A stretch of 63,215 bases of DNA from Bacteroidota bacterium (GTDB lineage: Bacteria > Bacteroidota > Bacteroidia > Bacteroidales > VadinHA17): assembly GCA_030706785.1 (NCBI GenBank), contig JAUZNW010000001.1:1-63215 (forward strand), in the 5' to 3' direction. The notes beneath the pieces are model-generated. The model searched no databases and was not told the origin of the DNA. It saw nothing but the letters and a program-made list of their open reading frames with translations. The position numbers were made by a program, and so were the translations under genes. Positions 8,941-17,035 of this stretch are shown here, in pieces (positions within the stretch are counted from its first letter, which is position 1; every line of letters starts with the position of its first letter).

Positions 8941-10365
8941 ATGAGCAGATTAATTTTCAGCCTGTTCCTCCTGACCGGAATTTCCATCTGTACCGGGGCA
9001 CAACTGAACAACGGATATGAAATAAATGTAATTATTTCAGGACTGCAGGATTCTTCCATATACCTGGCTTACCACCTTGGCGACAAGCAGTATGTAAAGG
9101 ATACAGTTAAACTCAACAGCCTGGGTTCAGGAGTGTTTATAGGGAATGAGCACCTGCCTGAAGGAATTTACATGATAGTGCTTCCCGGAAGGAAATATTT
9201 TGAAATGCTGATGTCAGCGGACCAGTATTTTTCGGTTTCCTGCTCCATAAAAGATTATCAAAATACTCTGAAATTTACAGGTTCTGATGAAAACACAGCT
9301 TTCATAGATTACCAGAGGCGATGGACACAACTTCAGAACAGGGCTTCAGCCATCACCAAGAGATTACAGAATAACAGGCAAAATCCCGATTCTCTCAGGA
9401 TACTTTCAGGGATGCAAAAAACACAGGAAGATTCGATGGTATCATATCTTCACGGCGTCGCGCAGGAGAATAAAGGAAGTCTTTTGGCTGTACTTGTAAA
9501 AGCTATGCTTCCTGTCGAAGTCCCTCCTGTTATTATTCCGCCGGGAGCAAAAAATCCTGATTCGTTAAGATGGTTCAGATCATATCTCTACAACAAAAAT
9601 CATTTCTTTGACAATATCGATCTGAACGATGAAAGACTGGTCAGGACTCCTATTCTGCAGGCCAGGCTGAATACCTTCTTTACAAATGTCGTGATACAGT
9701 CGCCTGACTCCATTAACAGGGAGATTGACAAGCTGATCAATAAGGTAAAAAACAATCACGCTGTATTCCAGTTCGTTTCCGTGTTCCTTTTCAACCATTT
9801 CCGCGAAAGCGAAGTCATGGGGCATGATGCTGTTGTGGTCAAACTCGCTGACGATATTTACCTTTCAGGCAAAGCTGACTGGGTTAATAACGAATTCAAG
9901 GATGAGCTCAGGAAGGAGGTTGACCTGATAAGACCGAACCTGATAGGTAAGAAAGCCCATAACCTGGTGATGGATTCCTACAAGGGAATATTTGTTTCGC
10001 TTTACGATGTCGAAAAGGATTTCATTGTCCTCTATTTCTGGGAGCCCAACTGCGGCCATTGCCAGGAAGCGACTCCAAAGCTTAAGGCCTGGTATGAAAA
10101 GGCAAAGAATACAGGAATTGAGGTTTTTACCGTATGCACCACCGCTGACCGGGAAAAGTGGGAGAAATACATTGAAGATAATAAGCTTACCTGGATCAAC
10201 GGCTGGGATCCTGAGCGAAAATCAAATTTCGGATATTATTATAATGTCACCTCGACTCCGATGGTATATATCCTTGACAGGAATAAAACCATAATTGCAA
10301 AAAAGCTGAGTGTAGAGGACATTGGTCCATTTATTGACAATTACAGGAAATACTTCAGGAAATAG
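8941..10365 (+). CDS. TlpA/AhpC-TSA-like thiol:disulfide oxidoreductase with a large N-terminal domain
   Basis: Signal peptide MSRLIFSLFLLTGISICTGAQ. The C-terminal thioredoxin fold carries the CxxC motif WEPNCGHCQ. The track start at 8908 is TTG, so the ATG at 8941 is preferred. Confidence 0.8.
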   Translation: MSRLIFSLFLLTGISICTGAQLNNGYEINVIISGLQDSSIYLAYHLGDKQYVKDTVKLNSLGSGVFIGNEHLPEGIYMIVLPGRKYFEMLMSADQYFSVSCSIKDYQNTLKFTGSDENTAFIDYQRRWTQLQNRASAITKRLQNNRQNPDSLRILSGMQKTQEDSMVSYLHGVAQENKGSLLAVLVKAMLPVEVPPVIIPPGAKNPDSLRWFRSYLYNKNHFFDNIDLNDERLVRTPILQARLNTFFTNVVIQSPDSINREIDKLINKVKNNHAVFQFVSVFLFNHFRESEVMGHDAVVVKLADDIYLSGKADWVNNEFKDELRKEVDLIRPNLIGKKAHNLVMDSYKGIFVSLYDVEKDFIVLYFWEPNCGHCQEATPKLKAWYEKAKNTGIEVFTVCTTADREKWEKYIEDNKLTWINGWDPERKSNFGYYYNVTSTPMVYILDRNKTIIAKKLSVEDIGPFIDNYRKYFRK

Positions 10366-11374
10366 GGTCGTTGTTCCTTATCCATGCTATCAGATCATAA
10401 ATATTTCCGAATTCGTGGCTCTCAGTCTCCTTCAGGCATTTCCATTTCTGATCAGGTTCTGACGGAGCATCAATTTCGATTAATCCACTTCCTGCATCTA
10501 TATAATAACCTGCCCTTGTGACTGCTTTCTCGGTCCAGTATCTTATATCTCCTTCGCCTCTGACCGCAACCGGACCTTTCTCCTGATGTCTTATTGTAAA
10601 GCTTCCGTCATGCGGGTTGTAACCCACCTTTGTCTCATCGAAAAGGCTTCTGAATGCCCCTGTAAGCATGATGTCCTCCGGAGCTCCTTCCAGCAGCCCG
10701 TCATCCCTCATCATCCATATCTTGTCGGACTGGCTTATTGCGTTTGAGAAATCATGGGTTGAAAAAACAATTGTTTTCTTCTTTTCCCGTGTTAGCCGGT
10801 GGAGAAGGTGCATTATCTCGATTTTATTGCTGATGTCGAGGAACGCAGTCGGTTCATCCATCACCATTATATCGGCGTCCTGTGCAAGGACCATGGCAAT
10901 CAGTGCTCTTTGCCGTTCTCCGTCAGATATTTCGTTTATATTCCTCCTGGAGAATTCCGAAAGCCCGGTCTTGGCAAGTGCATCGAGGATGACTTTATGA
11001 TCAGATTCTTCAATTTTCCCGAACCAGTCGGTATGAGGGAATCTGCCCAGTGATACAAGATCGTAAACTTTCATGTTGCTGACCCTCACAGGCTCAGTCG
11101 ATATATACCCAACCCTTGATGAAAGCTGAATGCGCGAATATTCAAATATATTCCTGCCCTCGATCTCGATCTTTCCGTCGATTACCGGTTGCAGTCCTGC
11201 GATCGTTCTCAGGAGAGTGCTTTTCCCCACTCCGTTCCTTCCGATAACAGCGATCAGTTCACCTTTGAGGCCTGTCCCTTTCAGCGGAGGAAGCAAAATC
11301 TTTTTTTTCTTTCCTGAAAAGTAACCGATCCCCAGTGAATCAAACGACAATATTTTTCCTGTTTCAATGCTCAT
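10355..11374 (-). CDS. ABC transporter ATP-binding protein (FecE/BtuD-like) with a ~90-aa C-terminal extension
   Basis: Walker A GRNGVGKST, signature SDGERQR, Walker B IMVMDEPTAFLD. It is the last gene of the riboswitch-controlled operon. Confidence 0.9.
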   Translation of the reverse strand: MSIETGKILSFDSLGIGYFSGKKKKILLPPLKGTGLKGELIAVIGRNGVGKSTLLRTIAGLQPVIDGKIEIEGRNIFEYSRIQLSSRVGYISTEPVRVSNMKVYDLVSLGRFPHTDWFGKIEESDHKVILDALAKTGLSEFSRRNINEISDGERQRALIAMVLAQDADIMVMDEPTAFLDISNKIEIMHLLHRLTREKKKTIVFSTHDFSNAISQSDKIWMMRDDGLLEGAPEDIMLTGAFRSLFDETKVGYNPHDGSFTIRHQEKGPVAVRGEGDIRYWTEKAVTRAGYYIDAGSGLIEIDAPSEPDQKWKCLKETESHEFGNIYDLIAWIRNNDPIS

Positions 11375-12441
11375 CAGAATATTTCGGAATATCGCTGGTT
11401 CCTCAGGATAACCCAGATCACCACAGGAATGCCAATAAGAGCTGTGATAGAATTAACAGGTAACACATTATCTGAACCGGGCATCTGGGATATGATGTCG
11501 CTTATCAGCATTATGACAGCTCCGGCAAGCAAGGTTCCCGGAATCAGTACTTTATGATCGGAAGTTCTGAAGACAATCCTGGCAACATGAGGGACAGCTA
11601 TGCCAATAAATCCTATCGGTCCGCAGAATGCTGTTATGGTTCCGGTCAGTATGCTGGTTCCTGCAATTATTGCTATACGGGAAAGGCTGATATTGAGGCC
11701 AATGCTTCTGGCATAATTTTCTCCGAGAAGAAGGGCATTGAGCATCTTGACTGAAAAAATGCTTGCCAGTACACCAACTCCTACTGATATCAGTAATACA
11801 CCCATCTGTGAAGAAGTAATATTCCCGAGATTGCCCATTGTCCAAACGATATATGCTTTCAGCATTGATTCGCTGCTGAAATATTGCATTATTCCCACAA
11901 CTGCGGAAATACCGCTTGCGAGCATTATTCCAAGAATAAGAACGGTCATTATATTCCTGACCCTTCCGGAGATGAACATTATCAGGAGCATAACCAGTCC
12001 TGCCCCGATCCATGAAGCGCCAGCAATTGCCCAGTTGCCTACAGAATGGATGTTGTCGGGTGACATGGATGATGAAAATCCAAGCAATACAATTGCCACA
12101 CCAAGACTTGCTCCCGAGCTTATACCCAGAACATAAGGTCCTGCCATCGGGTTCCTGAATAACGTCTGCATCTGCAATCCACTTACCGACAGTGCCATAC
12201 CAACACATATTGCAGTAATGGCTTTCGGCAGCCGGAATTTCAGAAGTATCGTCCTTGCAATAGTTTCAGTGTTACCGAAAAGAGCATCTATTATATCCCC
12301 GGGTTTAAGGCTGACTGATCCCAGAAACAAATCGAGCAGGAACAACACCAATATAAGAACCAGCGTGACTGTAAAGATCATGCTGGTCCTTGTCTTTCTA
12401 TTTCTGATGACAATATTGTCTGTTTCTGCGGTTACTTCCAT
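11374..12441 (-). CDS. FecCD/BtuC-family ABC permease
   Basis: 355-aa polytopic membrane ORF with typical FecCD features (GSVSL, LRLPKA-like KFRLPKAITA, GPIGFIGIAVPH). Its stop overlaps the ATPase start. Confidence 0.9.
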   Translation of the reverse strand: MEVTAETDNIVIRNRKTRTSMIFTVTLVLILVLFLLDLFLGSVSLKPGDIIDALFGNTETIARTILLKFRLPKAITAICVGMALSVSGLQMQTLFRNPMAGPYVLGISSGASLGVAIVLLGFSSSMSPDNIHSVGNWAIAGASWIGAGLVMLLIMFISGRVRNIMTVLILGIMLASGISAVVGIMQYFSSESMLKAYIVWTMGNLGNITSSQMGVLLISVGVGVLASIFSVKMLNALLLGENYARSIGLNISLSRIAIIAGTSILTGTITAFCGPIGFIGIAVPHVARIVFRTSDHKVLIPGTLLAGAVIMLISDIISQMPGSDNVLPVNSITALIGIPVVIWVILRNQRYSEIF

Positions 12442-12449
12442 TATGGTTG

Positions 12450-13634
12450 TCAGTTCAGCTTTTTATAATACACGAGGTTCCTTCCCTGGAACAGGTCAGG
12501 ATGCAGAATAGACGCAATATCAGCAAGGATCACATCAGGATTGACCGTACCTCCTTCCCAGTAATCATTACCTCCATCCTTATTGATTCTGAGTGTGTTG
12601 TTGAAAACCATTTTATCCCGGAAAGGTGGAAGTTCAGCAAGTCGGGTATCGATTGCCAGAATGTCCTTCAGTGATTCGGCTACCCCTGTATTCAGCCAGT
12701 ATCCGGCTGCCAGAGCCTTTATATAAACTGACTCGGGAGATAATGGCATTGAGTAACGTGATTCAGTTTCTTCCCAGAGGTAATCACCTCCGGCATCCCG
12801 AATCAGATTTGATATGTAGCTGTTGCCGGGAGAGATATACCAGGTATCCTTGAAAGGAAGCCCAAGAAGCACTTTCGGCCTCTCCTTTATGCCGGCTTTT
12901 ATATAATCCCTTAATTTGTTATATCTGGACTCTACCCGTCCGAAAATCGAATCAGCCTTCTGCTTCTTACAAAAAAGCTCACCGATTGCTTTCAACCATT
13001 CTGCCTTTCCAAGAGGATTGTCCTCGAGATAATCAGCATCGAAAAATACCGGAACACCAAGTTCCCGGAGCTTTCCTATATAGCCGGCAGACTCGCTTCC
13101 AATTCCATATACTATTACAATATCGGGATTAAGATTCATTATCAGTTCCTTGTTCAGATTGTCATCATATCCGACTTCCCTGATAATTCCCTCCGCAGCT
13201 TTCTCCGAAAGATCCCTGTCAAAGATGAGCCTTGTCCCTGAGAAGCCGGCAATGGACCGGGATTCACCAATTGCCGATATCATTGAAAGATGAGTGGTAG
13301 ACATGCATACAATCCTTCTGACCGGAACATGTATGACATATGATTGATCAATCCCTGCAGGAGCCTGGATTCCTTCCGGAACAAGGTACCATGTTTGCAC
13401 AACTCCGCTCGCGCCCTGCCACGGATCAATGACAGAGAGCTGCGAATACCCCTCCAATGATACTAATTTAAACCTCTTCGCATAAGAAATAATGGGCTTT
13501 TCAGCATTTTCAGGCTTTTCAACTGGTAAACTCTTCCCCCTGCCGCATGATAACAACAAAAACAGAATAATGGTCTGAAATAATATAATGACCGACCGCA
13601 TTCGGATTACATGCTTTCTTGTCACAGAATTCAT
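12450..13634 (-). CDS. Periplasmic substrate-binding lipoprotein (BtuF/siderophore-type cluster A)
   Basis: Lipobox LLLSCG. The protein has a PBP fold pattern. The start overlaps the upstream gene's stop (ATGA, 13631-13634). The gene sits in a B12-riboswitch operon. Confidence 0.8.
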   Translation of the reverse strand: MNSVTRKHVIRMRSVIILFQTIILFLLLSCGRGKSLPVEKPENAEKPIISYAKRFKLVSLEGYSQLSVIDPWQGASGVVQTWYLVPEGIQAPAGIDQSYVIHVPVRRIVCMSTTHLSMISAIGESRSIAGFSGTRLIFDRDLSEKAAEGIIREVGYDDNLNKELIMNLNPDIVIVYGIGSESAGYIGKLRELGVPVFFDADYLEDNPLGKAEWLKAIGELFCKKQKADSIFGRVESRYNKLRDYIKAGIKERPKVLLGLPFKDTWYISPGNSYISNLIRDAGGDYLWEETESRYSMPLSPESVYIKALAAGYWLNTGVAESLKDILAIDTRLAELPPFRDKMVFNNTLRINKDGGNDYWEGGTVNPDVILADIASILHPDLFQGRNLVYYKKLN

Positions 13635-14692
13635 TGTATGCTGGAATCTGGATTGTATTTATAACACATGTTTCCGGGAATAATGTCAGCCTGCATTACA
13701 TAAAGCAAAGCTCCTGATGAATTATATCTTAAAATATTACCTCTTTTTTGATAGTCGGCTGCATCGGTCACAAATATCTCGCCATTACCCGGATTTACTG
13801 CGATCCTGTAAAAATTATATCCGGCCTGCGGAATAAAAATTCCCGTCGGCAAATTAACTGCATCCACACTCATCCTCCTTACGCCATTCCAAAGAAAATA
13901 AAGAGTTCTTCTATCCCCGGATATCTGGAGGCTGGTTGGGGAATCAGTTATTGAAGGAAATATAAATCTTTTCTCAACCATGTTGTTAAAAGTACTTATC
14001 CCTACGAGCTCTGCATAATGATCCCGTTTCCATCCGCCATTGCAGAGAACCCAGAGAATACTGTTCCCGTCCAGGACCATGCTTTCAGGTTCCATACCTA
14101 CTTCAATTGAGTCAACGACCTGATCATCGGCCGTATTGATGACCATAACCTTGTTCCCTCCCACCCAGTTTGCGACATAGGCTGCAGAGGAATGCAAAAC
14201 AATCTGTTCCGAGGTATGCTTTAGATTTATATAGCCTGAAATCGTTTTTGATGCAATGTTCAATATGGTGATCGAATCGGAAAACAGGCTGGTAACATAT
14301 GCTTTTGCATCGCTCAGAAAGGCCATATATCTTGGTGATTTGATCCCATCATATGTTGTCACCGATTGCATGTAATTCTGATCAGCCACCTCTATCTTTC
14401 CTGAATTGTTCACTATGATGTATGCGTTGCTACCAAGGATGCTGACTGAATACGGTATATCACCTAACGGACGCTTATTTACAGCCTCAAAAACATTGTT
14501 ATAGACTTTAATGGAGTCGTAGGAAAAAAAGGAAAGTGATCCGTTCCCCGCCCTGAAATTGCCTTCATTTACTATGAAAAAACCAGGACCGGATAAATAG
14601 GAATCGGGCACATCGATTATTTCCGGATTCGTATCCTTTAGGCAGGAACTCACCAGAAATACAATCGCAGCTGTAAATATTATTTTATTCAT
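13631..14692 (-). CDS. Surface lipoprotein, YncE/DUF5074-like beta-propeller; possibly a BtuG-type B12-capturing partner of the receptor
   Basis: Lipoprotein signal MNKIIFTAAIVFLVSSC. It has repetitive beta-strand-rich blades (FFIVNEGNF..., AYIIVNNSGKIEV..., AYVTSL..., AYVANW...). It lies immediately downstream of the TonB-dependent receptor. The BtuG assignment is an inference from position and fold type. Confidence 0.55.
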   Translation of the reverse strand: MNKIIFTAAIVFLVSSCLKDTNPEIIDVPDSYLSGPGFFIVNEGNFRAGNGSLSFFSYDSIKVYNNVFEAVNKRPLGDIPYSVSILGSNAYIIVNNSGKIEVADQNYMQSVTTYDGIKSPRYMAFLSDAKAYVTSLFSDSITILNIASKTISGYINLKHTSEQIVLHSSAAYVANWVGGNKVMVINTADDQVVDSIEVGMEPESMVLDGNSILWVLCNGGWKRDHYAELVGISTFNNMVEKRFIFPSITDSPTSLQISGDRRTLYFLWNGVRRMSVDAVNLPTGIFIPQAGYNFYRIAVNPGNGEIFVTDAADYQKRGNILRYNSSGALLYVMQADIIPGNMCYKYNPDSSIQ

Positions 14693-14695
14693 AGT

Positions 14696-16621
14696 TTACT
14701 TGTTTAACTGAAATACAACAGAAAATAAATAGGCCCTGCCAGGCATCGGATAGTACGCGATACTCTGGTAGTTTGCATCGAAAATATTCTCAGCACGCAG
14801 ACTGAAATCACATCTGACTTTATCGGATACCATATTGTAACCGATATCCAGATCAGTAACCGAATATCCGGGAAGATATTGTGTATTATCAGGGTTAAGA
14901 TATCTTCTGCTGAAGTAATCTGAATTGATTGAAGAATGAAGATGGAACCACCTTAATTGTAATGACGCAACCAGCTGGTTTACAGGAACATAAATAATCT
15001 GTCGTTCAGCCTTGCCATTACCATCCGTACCATTATGGTTATTTATCGCTTTTGTCAGCGTGTAGCCTGCATTAAGCCCTGCCATGAATTTTCCTGAAGT
15101 GAACTCTATTTCTGCATTTGATTCGATGCCGGATGTCTTCAGTTCACTGATGTTCCTGGCCACCCAGTAGGTGTATTCCCCGGGTTGCCACTGGATCATG
15201 TTATATATGTGATTCCTGAAGCAAGTAAGGTCACCTGCCAGCCTGACACAGGATCCAAGGTTACCTGACCACTCACCTGTAATTTCAGCTGTATAACCGG
15301 ATTCGCTTCTCAGATCGGGATTTCCTCCCGGCATCCAGTACATTTCATTCATTGAAGGGATTCTTGAATTCTTTGAAATCTTTGCTTTTATTTTGAAATT
15401 TCCCACAGGAAGAATGCGATACTCTGCGCCAGCTGAAAAATCAGGCGTAAGGAATCTGTTATCATATATAGTTTCCCGAAGGATGATTTCGGTGACCAGA
15501 AGCGGAGTCAGGTGCGTTTCGCCTGAAATATAAATCGCGGCAGTATTGCGCCCTTTGCTGCCTGAGTAATTGTTTGTCTTAACAAAGTTCATTTCCCCGG
15601 TCAATCCAATCCTGATATTATTTTTTTCACCAATGCTTCTCTTCAGATCACTCTTTAAGATCATTCTGCCCGATTCGTTTCTTGAATCGACAGAAGCCAC
15701 AGTATTTGAATAATAAAGCTTATCGGAAATATAAGCTGCAACAACATCCAGGTCTGTCCTCCCTCTTTCTGTATTGTAGCTCATCATTGTCCTGAATGAT
15801 TCATCTTTCTGGTTTTCGCACGGATTGAGAGGCTGGGTCGTCATTGGCACGGGAATATTCCTGAATTCTGATTGGTACCATAATTTGGCAGAGGCTTTGC
15901 TCCGGGTGCCTTTCAGGTAAAGTTCCTGGATCAAGCCTCTCTGGTAAACCTGGCTGTCTTTCCTTCTTTCCCTGAACGGGACAGAAGTTAAAACATCATT
16001 GATATAACTGAAATTGTTCCTGGCATCCCTGATAAAAGCCCTGGTCACCGATTGAAACCGGTTGGTTCTCACTTTTGCCTTTAACAGACCTGAATACCTG
16101 CCGTAACTGCCGGCAGCAGGACTAAGAAGCAGCGAGTTTTTTCCCGACCAGTCAGGCTTTGTTTCCAGATTAATGATGCCTCCTATCCCTCCGTTATTCA
16201 GGCTCATGGATGCACCGCCATAAAAGACATTCACATCATCGATAAATCCTGCAGGCACAAGGGAAAGATCGAACTGCCCCAGCATAGGATTATTCAGGCT
16301 TATACCATTCCATGCCACCTGGGTTTGACTGGCAGATGTACCTCTTAATGAGGGCACTGCAATTCCTCCCTGGTCGTATGTTTTAATAAAGACGGATGAA
16401 TTTTCAGAAATGAGATCCGCCAGGGAACGTGCATAGTACCTGTCTATAACCGTTGAATCAATGCTGATCACTTTGGATCCTGTTTCATGATGTCCGGATT
16501 TTATCCCATTAATGATCACTTCCTTTATCTGGATAGTATCATTATTGAATGATAATTGTCCTTGAATACAGGGCGGCATCAGAATGATCACAATATAAAA
16601 GAAGCCTTTTTTCAAGATCAA
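14696..16621 (-). CDS. TonB-dependent outer-membrane receptor, BtuB-like (cobalamin riboswitch-controlled)
   Basis: 641-aa ORF with a plug domain (DLISENSSVFIKTYDQGG, PSLRGTSASQTQVAWNG), a beta-barrel and a C-terminal aromatic-rich strand. A cobalamin riboswitch lies directly upstream. The start is apparently TTG at 16621, with an alternative ATG at 16579. Confidence 0.85.
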   Translation of the reverse strand: MILKKGFFYIVIILMPPCIQGQLSFNNDTIQIKEVIINGIKSGHHETGSKVISIDSTVIDRYYARSLADLISENSSVFIKTYDQGGIAVPSLRGTSASQTQVAWNGISLNNPMLGQFDLSLVPAGFIDDVNVFYGGASMSLNNGGIGGIINLETKPDWSGKNSLLLSPAAGSYGRYSGLLKAKVRTNRFQSVTRAFIRDARNNFSYINDVLTSVPFRERRKDSQVYQRGLIQELYLKGTRSKASAKLWYQSEFRNIPVPMTTQPLNPCENQKDESFRTMMSYNTERGRTDLDVVAAYISDKLYYSNTVASVDSRNESGRMILKSDLKRSIGEKNNIRIGLTGEMNFVKTNNYSGSKGRNTAAIYISGETHLTPLLVTEIILRETIYDNRFLTPDFSAGAEYRILPVGNFKIKAKISKNSRIPSMNEMYWMPGGNPDLRSESGYTAEITGEWSGNLGSCVRLAGDLTCFRNHIYNMIQWQPGEYTYWVARNISELKTSGIESNAEIEFTSGKFMAGLNAGYTLTKAINNHNGTDGNGKAERQIIYVPVNQLVASLQLRWFHLHSSINSDYFSRRYLNPDNTQYLPGYSVTDLDIGYNMVSDKVRCDFSLRAENIFDANYQSIAYYPMPGRAYLFSVVFQLNK

Positions 16622-16699
16622 TCTTCATTTCAGGCATCCCGGGGAGTTTTTTGCAGGAATCATTGCGTGATTCTTTGCTTTTTATCCCGAAAGCGTTGA

Positions 16700-16895
16700 A
16701 CATAATATTTGTTTCTGGCAGGTCTTCTGACTTATCCCGGCTCTGGGAAGCCTTCCCATAGCGCCGATGCGCCACAGTGGCAGGTGTTTCCCAAAGCCTT
16801 CATCACGCTTTTGCGTGACCGGGCATCACAGCAGCGGGTACTGTTGCGGATTCAAACCGCATTCCCTTTTCATGGGTCTGTTGGCCGGATAAAAA
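16700..16895 (-). ncRNA. Cobalamin (B12) riboswitch
   Basis: The minus-strand read contains AAGGGAAUGCGGUUUGAAUCCGCAACAGUACCCGCUGCUGUGA, then GCCACUGUGGCGCAUCGGCGCUAUGGGAAGGC. It also has the B12 box AGUCAGAAGACCUGCC (16717-16732). These match the conserved core of Rfam RF00174 in the right order, upstream of a TonB receptor and btuFCD-like operon. Confidence 0.9.
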
Positions 16896-17035
16896 CATTT
16901 TTATTTTAATAAAGGTCCTTATCAACAGGCCCACACCAGAACAGATCAAAGGTACTTTATTTTCAAAAATGATCAAGTATGGTAAATAAACATTTATTAA
17001 CCATCCTCGAGAAGATGAACAATCCCGGTCTTATG

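Noticed and set aside
11552-12208. 218-aa alternative-frame ORF inside the FecCD permease gene
   Set aside because: It is on the same strand but out of frame with a clearly homologous polytopic permease. The translation is Cys/Trp/Arg-rich with no recognisable motifs, a typical shadow ORF.
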